This document shows, in pieces, positions 18,573 to 29,058 of a stretch of 64,000 nt of DNA. Position numbers and translations under genes: made by a program. The notes under the pieces are model-generated. The model did no database searches. It had not been told where the DNA came from and saw only the letters and a program-made list of their open reading frames with translations. This DNA comes from Nostoc sp. GTDB taxonomy: Bacteria; Cyanobacteriota; Cyanobacteriia; Cyanobacteriales; Nostocaceae. Location: contig NZ_JBALBW010000007.1 of NCBI RefSeq assembly GCF_036919895.1, forward strand, positions 39,435-103,434, in the 5' to 3' direction. Numbering within the stretch: position 1 is the first letter of the stretch; each line of letters begins with the position of its first letter.

Positions 18573-19553
18573 ATGAAATCAAAAACCTATTATGTTTGGG
18601 GAGTAGCAACTCCGATTGTAGTCACTCTAGCGCTGAGTTTCTCGGCAAGAGCGAATGCAGTTGAGTTAGGCGCTGCGTCTGATTACAATGTGTTTGTTTT
18701 GGGAGATATCACTCAAAAATATACAGATATTGAAGGAAAACTTGCTGCTGGCGGTAACGTTAATTTCGTCGGCGGACTTGGAAGCAGACTTTCTGGCAAT
18801 AGTGGCAACGTAGTAGTAGCTGGACAAAACTTAACTCTGAGCAACGGTCAAGTTTACCACGGTAACGCTGTCTATGGAGGCAGTGCCAATGTGTCTAGCA
18901 ATGTGGGATTTCCCCAAGGAACTCTTACCAAAGCTAACCCCATCGATTTCAATGAAGCGGGGAAAGAATTGCGAGGGCTATCTCAATATTTAGCAACCTT
19001 AACTCCTACTGCTAAAACAACAGTTCAACCTTGGGGTGCTATTAACCTTAGTGGCAGTGGCACTGCCTTCAATGTTTTTAATCTTGCTGGCTCAGATGTC
19101 TCCAAGACAAACTATTTTGAAATTAAGGGCGATGCAAATTCGACTATTGTTGTCAACATCAGCGGTAAGGATGTATCGCTGCAAAACTTTGGCTTCAATA
19201 TCATTGGCACAGATCAACAAAAGGTGATCTACAACTTCTATGAAGCAACAAACCTAACCGCCAGTGGAATTGGTATCCAAGGTAGTATTCTTGCTCCTTT
19301 GGCTAATTTCAATTTCAATAACGGTCAAGTTAACGGCAACGTGGTAGTAGCTTCTTTGACAGGAAGTGGCGAGTCGCACAACTATCTGTTTAATGGCGAT
19401 CTGCCAGATGTCCCAACGAAGTATTACACTCCGCCTAAGCCTCCCACCCATACTCAGGTTCCAGAACCTGCAAATCTTCCAGGTTTAGGATTAGTTGCTG
19501 TAATATTTGGTTTATTTCGCAACAGACGCGATCGAGAAATTTGCCTAAAATAA
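18573..19553 (+). CDS. Choice-of-anchor-A-like, PEP-CTERM-sorted surface protein
   Basis: Signal peptide, YNVFVLGD..DIEGKLAAGGN, GSILAP, C-terminal VPEP + TM + basic RNRR. Confidence 0.85.
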   Translation: MKSKTYYVWGVATPIVVTLALSFSARANAVELGAASDYNVFVLGDITQKYTDIEGKLAAGGNVNFVGGLGSRLSGNSGNVVVAGQNLTLSNGQVYHGNAVYGGSANVSSNVGFPQGTLTKANPIDFNEAGKELRGLSQYLATLTPTAKTTVQPWGAINLSGSGTAFNVFNLAGSDVSKTNYFEIKGDANSTIVVNISGKDVSLQNFGFNIIGTDQQKVIYNFYEATNLTASGIGIQGSILAPLANFNFNNGQVNGNVVVASLTGSGESHNYLFNGDLPDVPTKYYTPPKPPTHTQVPEPANLPGLGLVAVIFGLFRNRRDREICLK

Positions 19554-19689
19554 TCAGAAATTTTTGGTAGTATAGCGCATGACGCGAACTTCTTTAGATA
19601 TTTTCGCTCATGCGCTATTTCCTTGCTCCCTACCTTCTACAATAAAGATAGACTTTATTGAAGATTTGTATAGTTGGGGAAAAGCTGTC

Positions 19690-20709
19690 ATGGCTCCCGC
19701 CGTTTTAATTCAGAATCTGCAAAAACGTTACGGTACAGTGGTTGCCGTTCAGGATGTTTCCTTTCAAGTAGAGCCAGGTGAAATCTTTGGTTTACTTGGC
19801 CCCAACGGTGCTGGGAAAACTACAACCTTACGTGCCTTGTGTACGCTGACCACACCGGATGCTGGCAAAATCGAAGTATCTGGCATCTCTGTGTTAGATA
19901 ATCCCAGAATAGCTAGACAACGACTAGGCTATGTGGCTCAGGAAGTCGCTATAGATAAGGTGTTAACTGGAAAAGAATTGCTGCAATTGCAAGCAGCACT
20001 TTATCACCTTCCACGCGCAGTAGCTAAACAACGCATTGAGACGGTATTAGATTTACTCGGTTTACAAGAATACGCCAATAAAAAGACAGGAACCTATTCC
20101 GGCGGTTTACGCAAGCGCCTAGACTTGGCTGCTGGGTTGCTCCATGCACCAGATGTTTTGGTATTGGATGAGCCAACAGTGGGACTTGACATAGAAACCC
20201 GTTCTGTAGTCTGGGAATTCCTCAGAAAATTACGCGCCTCTGGGACAACGGTAGTAATTACCAGCCATTATTTAGAAGAGATTGACGCTTTAGCCGATCG
20301 CGTGGCAATTATAGATCGGGGTGTGGTGATTGCCTCTGGGACACCTTCACAATTAAAAGATCAAGTAGGGGGCGATCGCATCACCTTGCGAATCCGCGAG
20401 TTTTCCCCCATTGAGGAAGCAGAAATTGCCAAAAAGCTCTTGCAAACTTTGCCCTTTGTGCAAGAAGCGATCGTCAACAGCGCTCAAGGTAATTCCCTCA
20501 ACTTAGTGGTGACACCTCAAAACGATGTTCTCATTAATATACAGCAAGCGCTGAATACTGCTGGCTTGCCCATATTTGGCATTTCCCAATCTCGCCCCAG
20601 CCTCGATGACGTTTACCTCGCAGCTACAGGACGCACCCTGATGGATGCAGAACTCGCAGCCGTTGCCACTCGCGATCCTAAAGCTGAGAAAAAGCAGCTT
20701 ATGAGATAG
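19690..20709 (+). CDS. ABC exporter ATP-binding subunit (DrrA-like)
   Basis: GPNGAGKT, YSGGLRKR, VLDEPT, TSHY; likely start MAPAV at 19690. Confidence 0.93.
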   Translation: MAPAVLIQNLQKRYGTVVAVQDVSFQVEPGEIFGLLGPNGAGKTTTLRALCTLTTPDAGKIEVSGISVLDNPRIARQRLGYVAQEVAIDKVLTGKELLQLQAALYHLPRAVAKQRIETVLDLLGLQEYANKKTGTYSGGLRKRLDLAAGLLHAPDVLVLDEPTVGLDIETRSVVWEFLRKLRASGTTVVITSHYLEEIDALADRVAIIDRGVVIASGTPSQLKDQVGGDRITLRIREFSPIEEAEIAKKLLQTLPFVQEAIVNSAQGNSLNLVVTPQNDVLINIQQALNTAGLPIFGISQSRPSLDDVYLAATGRTLMDAELAAVATRDPKAEKKQLMR

Positions 20710-20875
20710 GGAATGGGGACTGGGTAATGGGGAAGAAGGAAGGGAGCAGGGAGCAGGGGGAGAAGAACTATTAATATATTGCCCAATTCCCAATTCTCAA
20801 TTCCCAATTCTCAATTCCCAATTCCCAATCCCCAATCCCCAATCCCCAATCCCAATCCCCAATCCCCAATCCCAA
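20709..20875. repeat. STRR-type heptamer array (CCCAATY/CCCCAAT) with a short inverted G-rich block
   Basis: gggaatggggactgggtaatgggg at the left end; a long run of cccaat(t/c) units at 20782-20875. Confidence 0.9.
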
Positions 20876-20878
20876 ATT

Positions 20879-21769
20879 ATGAGCGTTACTCCTAAAACTG
20901 ATATCAATTGGCAGCCGATAACATTGCCACAAGCAGATGTTAATGCTACACCTAACTTTTACGCTGAATTGCTACAAGAGACATTGGCTTTAACTCGTCG
21001 CTTGTTTATTCAGTTGCAACGCCGTCCCTCAACTTTGGTTGCTGGAATTATTCAGCCAGTTATGTGGTTGATACTGTTTGGTGCTTTGTTCCAAAATGCC
21101 CCCAAGGGTATATTTGGTAATACAACAACCAATTACGGACAATTTTTAGCTGCCGGCATTATTGTGTTTACAGCCTTTGCCGGGGCGCTGAATGCTGGTT
21201 TACCTGTAATGTTTGACCGTGAGTTTGGCTTTTTAAATCGTTTGCTGGTAGCACCGTTAGCATCGCGGTTTTCTATTGTCTTCGCTTCGGCAATCTTCAT
21301 CATCAGCCAAAGTTTGCTGCAAGCAGCCGTGATTGTAGCAGCAGCAGCATTTTTGGGTGCTGGACTACCCGATGCAGTTGGTTTAAGTGCGATCGCTCTC
21401 ATTGTCTTGCTCTTAGCTTTAGGCGTAACAGCCATCTCCCTTGGCTTGGCTTTCGCCCTACCCGGACACATTGAATTGATTGCAGTAATTTTTGTCACTA
21501 ACCTGCCATTATTATTTGCTAGTACTGCTTTGGCTCCTTTATCCTTCATGCCTCAGTGGTTACAGGTTGTGGCTACCCTGAATCCTCTCAGCTATGCGAT
21601 CGAACCAATTCGCTATCTGTATCTCCACAGTAGTTGGGGATTAGGTAGCATCGTAATGCAAGCTCCTTGGGGTGATGTTACCTTTGGGGGAGCATTGCTG
21701 GTGTTGTTTGGCTTCGCCCTTGTCGCCTTATTGAGCATTCAACCCCAACTGCGTCGGACTCTTGCTTAA
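20879..21769 (+). CDS. ABC-2 exporter permease
   Basis: [28 protein letters not shown]; follows the ATPase. Confidence 0.92.
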   Translation: MSVTPKTDINWQPITLPQADVNATPNFYAELLQETLALTRRLFIQLQRRPSTLVAGIIQPVMWLILFGALFQNAPKGIFGNTTTNYGQFLAAGIIVFTAFAGALNAGLPVMFDREFGFLNRLLVAPLASRFSIVFASAIFIISQSLLQAAVIVAAAAFLGAGLPDAVGLSAIALIVLLLALGVTAISLGLAFALPGHIELIAVIFVTNLPLLFASTALAPLSFMPQWLQVVATLNPLSYAIEPIRYLYLHSSWGLGSIVMQAPWGDVTFGGALLVLFGFALVALLSIQPQLRRTLA

Positions 21770-21802
21770 GATAAAATAGAGAAATTTTAGGGTCAAAACC
21801 CC

Positions 21803-22198
21803 ATGAAAAAACCATTTTTACAAATTCCTAGACTCTTTATAGCTACCGTGGCAGGAATCAGCTTTGCTTCCTTGCTCATGGCTCAACCCAGTTCGGCTCA
21901 AATCAGTAGCCCAGCAGATGCTTTTCCTAGTAATAGTACAACAGACCAAAATACCGATCCCTTCGCCCGCTCAAACTCAGATAATTTCAACATGTTTGAC
22001 CTGATTCATCGGGCAAATTTTGGGACTCTCAACTGGGATTCTAACCAAAAAAATGAACAATTAGACTCAGCCGCAGCAGTCTTTAGAGCAAGTCAACAAA
22101 AACGAATTCAACAAGGAGGTCAACGACAACAAGCAACCCCCGTTTCGCCATCGGTTACGCAGCCATCGTTTACGCTGCCATTACCGTCAGGTAACTGA
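21803..22198 (+). CDS. Secreted hypothetical protein
   Basis: Signal peptide (…AQPSSA), low-complexity mature region. Confidence 0.7.
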   Translation: MKKPFLQIPRLFIATVAGISFASLLMAQPSSAQISSPADAFPSNSTTDQNTDPFARSNSDNFNMFDLIHRANFGTLNWDSNQKNEQLDSAAAVFRASQQKRIQQGGQRQQATPVSPSVTQPSFTLPLPSGN

Positions 22199-22452
22199 AA
22201 TTAAACAAAGAACCCCAAGCCTCTAATACTTTGTCGGCTAGTTTTGTGGGTTTATAGTAAGTAAGCACTTTAATGCTTAGAAAATAAGGACTAAAGTCCT
22301 TACCCAACGGGAAAGTTAGTCGCTCATGGGGGAAACCCCCAAGACCGCGCTAACTCACTACAAACTTGTTTACCCATCAATTTAAACTTGACACACTATT
22401 AAGGCTTGGGGTTGAGACTATTTAAAAGTCTTTAGTTATCTAGGGTAAAAAA

Positions 22453-22890
22453 CTACAGCCCAAGCGCAGCTAAAATATCGCCAGCATGGGTGGTGGTATT
22501 TACAGCAGTGTCAACATGGGTAATTTTACCCTTGGGGTCAATTACATAAGTGACGCGCTTGGCATAACCGCCGCCATCCACATCGAAAGCTGTGATGAGG
22601 GATTTATCGGAGTCAGCCAGTAGGGGAAAATTCAAATTATATTTTTGGGTGAATGCTTGATGAGAAACCTCATCATCAGCACTGACTCCCAACACTACAA
22701 CATCTTTACCTTGATATTTAGATTGGGCATCCCGAAAACTACAGGCTTGTTTGGTGCAGCCTGGCGTGTCATCTTTGGGGTAAAAATATAAAACTACGGT
22801 CTTACCAGCAAAGTCAGATAACGATACTGTGTTGCCGTTTGTATCTTTGGCGGTAAATGCAGGTGCATCCGTACCAACTGCTAGAGGCAT
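22453..22890 (-). CDS. bcp: Peroxiredoxin, BCP/PrxQ family
   Basis: YFYPKDDTPGCTKQACSFRD. Confidence 0.93.
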   Translation of the reverse strand: MPLAVGTDAPAFTAKDTNGNTVSLSDFAGKTVVLYFYPKDDTPGCTKQACSFRDAQSKYQGKDVVVLGVSADDEVSHQAFTQKYNLNFPLLADSDKSLITAFDVDGGGYAKRVTYVIDPKGKITHVDTAVNTTTHAGDILAALGL

Positions 22891-23084
22891 AATTAACCTT
22901 TCCTGTTTCAGATTGTTGATGCACTTGAAATTTTACATTAATTTATAATGATTAAATATAATTACTAAAAAATAGCATAACTATACTTTAGGTAACTAAT
23001 TTTGGTTAAATGAGGTATTTGGTACAAGAAAAAATATATTCTTGAATTAATCTTTCTTAGAAGAAAAATTTATACCCCTACACA

Positions 23085-23489
23085 ATGGCTGCTGTTGATT
23101 CCCAAAACCCAAATATTTTTGTCTATCCTCAAAGCACAGTAGAAAGAGCCGAGCGATCGCTAGTGTGTTCACCCTTCAATTTATCTTTATTTGAAGTGAT
23201 GGGACACCAGAGTGTTTCATTAACTGCGATCGCCTCAGAAAATGGACTTAAGCAGGGCTATACAAAGCGCCCTTTATCAGAATTAGCCTGTGATAACGCC
23301 TTGGGCTGGCTGATTCAAGTAGGTGTATTGCGCCGAGAAGTCGATGGACAGGGGATTACAGATGGTTTTCGACTCACTCCTTTGGGTCGTCAGTTGGTAG
23401 AACAGTACCAAGGAAAAAATTGGCGGATACCTTCATGGCGCGATCGTTTATTCGATGGTGCGATCCGTTGGTTGCGGATACCCTTTTAG
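23085..23489 (+). CDS. Conserved cyanobacterial protein (Npun_F0494-like, winged-helix-like)
   Basis: RAERSLVCSPF, WLIQVGVLRREVDGQGITDGFRLTPLGR recognised from memory; sits upstream of cobQ. Confidence 0.75.
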   Translation: MAAVDSQNPNIFVYPQSTVERAERSLVCSPFNLSLFEVMGHQSVSLTAIASENGLKQGYTKRPLSELACDNALGWLIQVGVLRREVDGQGITDGFRLTPLGRQLVEQYQGKNWRIPSWRDRLFDGAIRWLRIPF

Positions 23490-23762
23490 AAGAAAAAACC
23501 CAAGAGTTAGGATTACGCAATCAAAGGGAATAATATATACGGAAACACCACATCTATTCATGAAGTCTTTACAATGTGGTGGGAATTGGGAATTGGGCAA
23601 AAAAGGAGAAAGAAGTAATACATTTTTCTCTTAACTCTTGCGCTGTGTGTCTTGGGTAAAATTCGCTTACTTTTTCGGAGAAATAGGTAATTCATTCTCC
23701 CCTTCTCTCTTACCCCAATGCCCAATGCCCAATTATCTTGAAAAACTAACTAATAACAACTT

Positions 23763-25247
23763 ATGAAATCAATTATGGTGGTGGGGACAACATCCCATGC
23801 AGGGAAATCACTTTTAACTACGGCTATTTGTCGCATTTTATCGCGGCGTGGCTGGCGGGTGGCTCCCTTTAAAGGTCAAAATATGGCTTTAAATGCTTAT
23901 GTAACTGCCAATGGTGGAGAAATTGGCTATGCCCAAGCAGTGCAAGCTTGGGCTGCGGGAGTTGTACCTTGGGTAGAAATGAACCCAATTTTACTCAAAC
24001 CTCAAGGGGATATGACTTCTCAAGTAATTATCAAAGGTAGGTCTGTAGGTAAGGTGAGTGCCTCAGATTACTACGAGCAATATTTTGACCTGGGGTGGAA
24101 GACAATTGAAGAATCGCTACAGCATTTAGGCACAGAATTTGACATGGTGGTTTGTGAAGGTGCCGGTAGTCCAGCAGAAATTAATCTCAAGCACCGCGAT
24201 TTAACTAATATGCGGGTGGCAAAATATTTGAATGCGCCAACGATGTTAGTAGTTGATATTGACCGGGGTGGTGCTTTTGCCCATGTCATCGGAACCTTAG
24301 AGTTATTGGAACCCGACGAACGCGCCCTAATTAAAGGTGTGGTAATTAACAAATTTCGAGGACAGCGATCGCTGCTAGATTCGGGAATAAAATGGTTAGA
24401 AGAACGCACGGGTATTCCCGTTGTTGGTGTTATACCTTACTTGCAAGATGTGTTTTCGACCGAAGACTCCCTTGATTTGCTAGAACGTCAATCGTCATCA
24501 AGTAAAGCCCAAACTGACCTCAATATTGCCGTTATCCGCTTACCAAGAATTGCCAATTTCACCGACTTTGATCCACTGGAATCAGAAAGCACGGTTTCAG
24601 TAAAATACCTCAGTCCTAAGCAAGATTTAGGACATCCTGATGCCGTAATTATCCCAGGAACAAAGACTACAATTGCTGATTTATTACTGCTACAAAAAAG
24701 CGGTATGGCAGAAGCTATTCAAAACTATGCGGCTTCTGGGGGAACAGTTTTAGGTATCTGCGGTGGCTATCAAATGCTCGGTCAAATCATTGCCGATCCA
24801 GAAGGGATAGAAGGGCAAGCTGGCAGATTTCAGGGGTTAAATCTTTTACCAATCAGAACTGTAATTACCGGACAAAAAATTGCCCGCCAGCGCCAAGTTA
24901 GCTCAAATTATCCACAACAGGGCTTACCAGTAAATGGCTTTGAAATCCACCAAGGGCGATCGCGCATCGAACAGCAAGGTGTAGATCCTCAATCGTACCA
25001 TGCCCTATTTGACGATATTAATTTAGGATTAGTAGATAGTTGTCAATCAGTGTGGGGAAGTTACCTCCACGGGCTTTTTGACAACGGCCCTTGGCGACGC
25101 GCTTGGTTAAATCGCCTCCGTCAACAGCGCGGTTTAAAATCTTTGCCGACCGGTGTTGCTAACTACCGCGAACAGCGAGAGCAGATTTTAGATTCTTTAG
25201 CCACTGAAGTTGAAAGTCATTTAGACTTAACTCCATTTTTGTCTTAA
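23763..25247 (+). CDS. cobQ: Cobyric acid synthase
   Basis: GTTSHAGKS, PFKGQNMALN, CEGAGSPAEINL, GICGGYQMLG, GSYLHGLFDN. Confidence 0.97.
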   Translation: MKSIMVVGTTSHAGKSLLTTAICRILSRRGWRVAPFKGQNMALNAYVTANGGEIGYAQAVQAWAAGVVPWVEMNPILLKPQGDMTSQVIIKGRSVGKVSASDYYEQYFDLGWKTIEESLQHLGTEFDMVVCEGAGSPAEINLKHRDLTNMRVAKYLNAPTMLVVDIDRGGAFAHVIGTLELLEPDERALIKGVVINKFRGQRSLLDSGIKWLEERTGIPVVGVIPYLQDVFSTEDSLDLLERQSSSSKAQTDLNIAVIRLPRIANFTDFDPLESESTVSVKYLSPKQDLGHPDAVIIPGTKTTIADLLLLQKSGMAEAIQNYAASGGTVLGICGGYQMLGQIIADPEGIEGQAGRFQGLNLLPIRTVITGQKIARQRQVSSNYPQQGLPVNGFEIHQGRSRIEQQGVDPQSYHALFDDINLGLVDSCQSVWGSYLHGLFDNGPWRRAWLNRLRQQRGLKSLPTGVANYREQREQILDSLATEVESHLDLTPFLS

Positions 25248-25284
25248 GCTAGGCTCTGATGGGAAATTTAAATCCGAATTATTA

Positions 25285-25521
25285 ATGGTTGTTCGTGTCC
25301 GCTTTTTACCAGATGATGTTACAGTAGATGCCGAAGTGGGAGAAGCCCTTTTAGATGTAGCAGACCGGGCTGGGGTATTTATTCCCACCGGTTGTCTAAT
25401 GGGGTCTTGTCACGCTTGCACGGTCGAGTTAGAGGATGGAGAGATCATCCGCGCTTGTATTACCGCAGTACCACCACGCGAGGAATTGACGATTAATTTA
25501 TTTAGCGATCCAACTTGGTAA
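25285..25521 (+). CDS. 2Fe-2S ferredoxin-like protein
   Basis: TGCLMGSCHAC ... RAC cysteine pattern. Confidence 0.9.
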   Translation: MVVRVRFLPDDVTVDAEVGEALLDVADRAGVFIPTGCLMGSCHACTVELEDGEIIRACITAVPPREELTINLFSDPTW

Positions 25522-25595
25522 TGTCGCCCCTGTTATTGAAAATGACTGATATGCTATGGCAATATTAATGACTATCATCCTTAAAGGAGAACAAG

Positions 25596-25907
25596 ATGGC
25601 ACGGTCACCCATCCATCCTGGAAAAATTCTTGCTGATGAGCTTCATGAATTGCAAATGAGCGCAAGTGAGTTAGCACGTATCCTTCATGTACCAACAAAC
25701 CGGATTACTGAAATAATTAATGGTGAACGGGCAATTACTGCTGATACGGCATTACGATTAGGGCAATGGTTTGGTACTGGTGCTGAGTTATGGATGAATT
25801 TACAAAAAAATTATGAGCTTAGACTAGCTGAACAAAAAATGGGTGAAGAAATTCAGGCTACTATTTCTCCCCGAATATTATCTAAGTTCAAACAAGTCAA
25901 GGCATAA
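25596..25907 (+). CDS. higA: HigA-family antitoxin (no intact higB)
   Basis: PIHPGKIL, ELARILHVPTNRITEIINGERAITADTALRL, WMNLQKNYEL; AAGGAG RBS. Confidence 0.92.
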   Translation: MARSPIHPGKILADELHELQMSASELARILHVPTNRITEIINGERAITADTALRLGQWFGTGAELWMNLQKNYELRLAEQKMGEEIQATISPRILSKFKQVKA

Positions 25908-25932
25908 AAAAAATCGAATATTCGATTTTTTT
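25907..25932. terminator. 26-bp perfect palindrome downstream of higA
   Basis: aaaaaaatcgaatattcgattttttt. Confidence 0.6.
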
Positions 25933-25998
25933 GGATAGATAGCAAGAAACTTTGACACATTGTTTTTACTGTGCAGGTCGCATTTTTTTTTTAAATTA

Positions 25999-26217
25999 AT
26001 GCCAAAGAAAGATAAACTCAAGTACCAAATGGTAATTCAGTGGTCTGAGGAAGATGATTGCTTCTTAGTCGGATTACCTGATTTTCCAGCACAACGCTGG
26101 CGGACTCATGGGGATACTTACGAGTTGGCTGTGGCAAATGGAATTGAAGCTTTAGAGTCTCTAGTTATTGCCTACGAAGCTAGCTGTCGGCGATCCACTT
26201 CTAGAACTATCTTATGA
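25999..26217 (+). CDS. hicB: HicB-family antitoxin, possibly C-terminally truncated (no hicA)
   Basis: KYQMVIQWSEEDDCFLVGLPDFP..THGDTYELAVANGIEALE. Confidence 0.8.
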   Translation: MPKKDKLKYQMVIQWSEEDDCFLVGLPDFPAQRWRTHGDTYELAVANGIEALESLVIAYEASCRRSTSRTIL

Positions 26218-26496
26218 GGCTGGATTATAAGGAATTGAACTACCAAAAAGACTTTCAGAAAAAAGATAGACCAAATTTATAGTTTCTATCTTGCCATTCT
26301 CAAATTGGATAACAACCTCATGAGATGAAGTCTCTTTCAGAATTTTTCCAATCCTACCGCATGGATAAACTCTGCATTTACCACCAATATAAAAATCGTA
26401 AGTTCCTGTATCAGCTTTAGAGCAAGATACTCCTTGAAAAAAAAGTGTCTTTATACCGGATTCATCAATGTACTTCAAATTAATGTGACGATGCAT
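26212..26496 (-). CDS. Hypothetical protein, AT-rich
   Basis: 94-aa ORF, no recognised motif. Confidence 0.45.
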   Translation of the reverse strand: MHRHINLKYIDESGIKTLFFQGVSCSKADTGTYDFYIGGKCRVYPCGRIGKILKETSSHEVVIQFENGKIETINLVYLFSESLFGSSIPYNPAS

Positions 26497-26710
26497 TCAA
26501 TGTCTCACTCATTTTTACAATAGTAGAGAATTGTAACACTTTCTAATAAGTGTTATAGTCCAAACAAGATTTTTGTATATTAAACTTAATCCCTAACGAG
26601 CAATAGAGATGTGCGATTGCACCTTCTCCAACCCTTAAAAAATCCATATTTTCCCATCAAGCAGCAAGAAATTTTAACACATTGTTTCCTACTGCCTGTT
26701 TTTATCTATA

Positions 26711-27157
26711 TCAATTACCTTTAACATTCAGCGCGTATTCTTTAAACCTTTCCAAATCAGCTTGAATCGTTGATTCAACTACGCGCCCTAAAAATAAGTT
26801 ATCCATAATTTTGCCAATAATGCCGGGGATGGCATAGGAAATACTCATTTTGACAATGCTACTACCGTTGCGATCGTAAAAGCGAATCGCTCCCTGATTC
26901 GGCAAACCATCAATCGATTCCCATTGGATAATTTGGTTTGGGATAACTTTGAGAATTCTGGATTTCCAGGTAAATTCCAGACCGCCACCAGCACGAAGTT
27001 TCCAAAGAGATATATCTGGATTATCTGGCGGAATTTTCACAGAATCAATCCACTTCATCCACCGGGGCATTTGCTCCAAATCAGCCCAGAGGCTCCATAC
27101 TAAATCTATGGGAGCCTCTACTTCTACCTGCACAGTATGCTCTAACCAATCTGACAT
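26711..27157 (-). CDS. SRPBCC (polyketide cyclase/START) family protein
   Basis: VWSLWADLEQMPRWMKWI, WESIDGLPNQG; directly downstream of zds. Confidence 0.9.
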   Translation of the reverse strand: MSDWLEHTVQVEVEAPIDLVWSLWADLEQMPRWMKWIDSVKIPPDNPDISLWKLRAGGGLEFTWKSRILKVIPNQIIQWESIDGLPNQGAIRFYDRNGSSIVKMSISYAIPGIIGKIMDNLFLGRVVESTIQADLERFKEYALNVKGN

Positions 27158-27181
27158 TCTCTCTTCTTCCTTTGCGGTTAG

Positions 27182-28618
27182 TTATTTCTTCAAACTCTCC
27201 AAAATCACTTTTGCCGCCCGCCGTCCAGAAATAGTAGCACCTTCCATGCTGTCGATGTAATCTTGCTGAGTATAACTCCCTGCAAGGAAGAAATTATCTA
27301 CAGGTGTCTTTTGGTTGGGACGGTACGCATCCATCCCTGGTGCTTCTCGATAGAGAGACTGAGCAAGTTTTACCACACTGTACCAAGTCATATTTAACTC
27401 TCGTGACGAGGGAAACAGTTCATGCACTTGCTTGAGGACATGCTGCGCGATCGCTTCATTGCTTTGGGCAATAAACGGATCTCCCGGTGTCAGCACTAGC
27501 TGTAACAAAGAACCCTGTCCTGGGCGATAATAATCAGCAGGGCTAGTCAACGCCAAATCAGCAAAACAAGAAAAGTCAGCATCGGCTGTATACAGCAAAT
27601 TATCGATTCCAGCCGCATGATTTAGCTGTTTACGTTCCTCTCCATCGTTCAGTTCAGTCACCCAACCATCGAAGCGTAACTGCACTGTAGCCACTGGCAC
27701 TGCATCCAGTTTATAAATATTGTCAAATTCTGACCACTTGCGCCACTCCTGGGGTAGAATGCGTTGAATTCCTGGAACATCACAGGCAAAAACGTAAGCA
27801 TCAGCAGTGATAGTTTCTACTGCATCACCTTGGGCAACTACTATACCAGTGACGCGAGTTTCTTCGTCTGATGTAAACTTAATTTCCCGAACTTGCCGAC
27901 GGGTGTAAACTTTAGTCCCTCTAGCTTCCAAATATTCCAGAATGGGCTTGTGTAAATATTCAGATGGAGAACCTTCCAGCATTCGCAAAACTGAGGCTTC
28001 AGTTCTGACTGCGAATAATTGGAATATCGTTAACATACAACGGGCAGACATATTTTCGCAATCAATAAATCCCAATGCGTAGGCGATAGGGTTCCATAAG
28101 CGCTTAATGCTGCCATTACTGCCACCGTGACTGCGAAACCAATCGGCAAAGCTAACTTTATCTAAGTTGCGAATGGTTTTCATCGCCCCATTAAAGTCTA
28201 CCAATCCGCGAACTATCGGACTCGTACCCAAAGCGATCGCATTTTGCAGTTTATCCTGCAACGATAGTTGAGAAGTCGTGAAAAATGCCTTTAAGCCATT
28301 GAAAGGCGCACCTGTAAAGAAGCGAAAATCCAAACCACCAGTCTGGCCTCCTTTATTAATAAAAGTGTGGGTATGTTCTTTGAGGCGTAAGTTTTCTAGC
28401 CCGCCCACTTTCTTCATTAAGTCAAATAGTTGGTAGTAGCACCCGAAAAATACATGCAAACCCATTTCTAGATGGTTGCCATCTCCATCAACCCAACTGC
28501 CAACTTTGCCACCCACAAAGGGACGAGACTCAAAAATCTCTATTTCACAACCAGCATCAGCTAAATCTACTGCGGTTGCTAGTCCAGCCAGTCCCGCACC
28601 TACGATTGCAACACGCAT
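27182..28618 (-). CDS. zds: 9,9'-di-cis-zeta-carotene desaturase
   Basis: [50 protein letters not shown]. Confidence 0.96.
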   Translation of the reverse strand: MRVAIVGAGLAGLATAVDLADAGCEIEIFESRPFVGGKVGSWVDGDGNHLEMGLHVFFGCYYQLFDLMKKVGGLENLRLKEHTHTFINKGGQTGGLDFRFFTGAPFNGLKAFFTTSQLSLQDKLQNAIALGTSPIVRGLVDFNGAMKTIRNLDKVSFADWFRSHGGSNGSIKRLWNPIAYALGFIDCENMSARCMLTIFQLFAVRTEASVLRMLEGSPSEYLHKPILEYLEARGTKVYTRRQVREIKFTSDEETRVTGIVVAQGDAVETITADAYVFACDVPGIQRILPQEWRKWSEFDNIYKLDAVPVATVQLRFDGWVTELNDGEERKQLNHAAGIDNLLYTADADFSCFADLALTSPADYYRPGQGSLLQLVLTPGDPFIAQSNEAIAQHVLKQVHELFPSSRELNMTWYSVVKLAQSLYREAPGMDAYRPNQKTPVDNFFLAGSYTQQDYIDSMEGATISGRRAAKVILESLKK

Positions 28619-28881
28619 TCCGTCGTTCCTTTTCAGTTTCTTTACAGATTGTAACTGGGTTGGTGTCGGAATTTGCTACTTAATATCAACTCTACCAACA
28701 TATCAAGCTATGGCAATATCGATACTAAAATCTCCTTTTAGTCCCAGCAATTGACCAGACGCGAGAAAACGCCCCTGTATCAGTTAGACAAATTATTGTC
28801 CATCGCGGCGGACTCAAAAAAGTATCGCAGCTATTTTTTTAGTGGCAAAGCAGTTATCTAGTAAGTAGTGAAAGTATGTTC

Positions 28882-29058
28882 TTACTTGTTTACATCTTTG
28901 CCATCGTCGGAGATCGGCAAACTTCTAATCAGTTCCCGAATCACATCGGTTGCAGGTCTACCTGTTTGTTGGCAATATTTTTCTAGTTTTTCCGCTTCCT
29001 GTGTTGCGAGATTAACTGTTATGCGTTTAACGGCCCATTTTTTATTTGTCATTATCAT
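28882..29058 (-). CDS. CopG/ribbon-helix-helix small transcription factor (not in the ORF track)
   Basis: MIMTNKKWAVKRITVNLATQEAEKLEKYCQQTGRPATDVIRELIRSLPISDDGKDVNK*, a beta-alpha-alpha RHH pattern, 58 aa. Confidence 0.8.
   Translation of the reverse strand: MIMTNKKWAVKRITVNLATQEAEKLEKYCQQTGRPATDVIRELIRSLPISDDGKDVNK

Noticed and set aside
20503-20807. Two minus-strand ORFs (96 and 64 aa)
   Set aside because: Products of STRR heptamers and the antisense of the ABC ATPase
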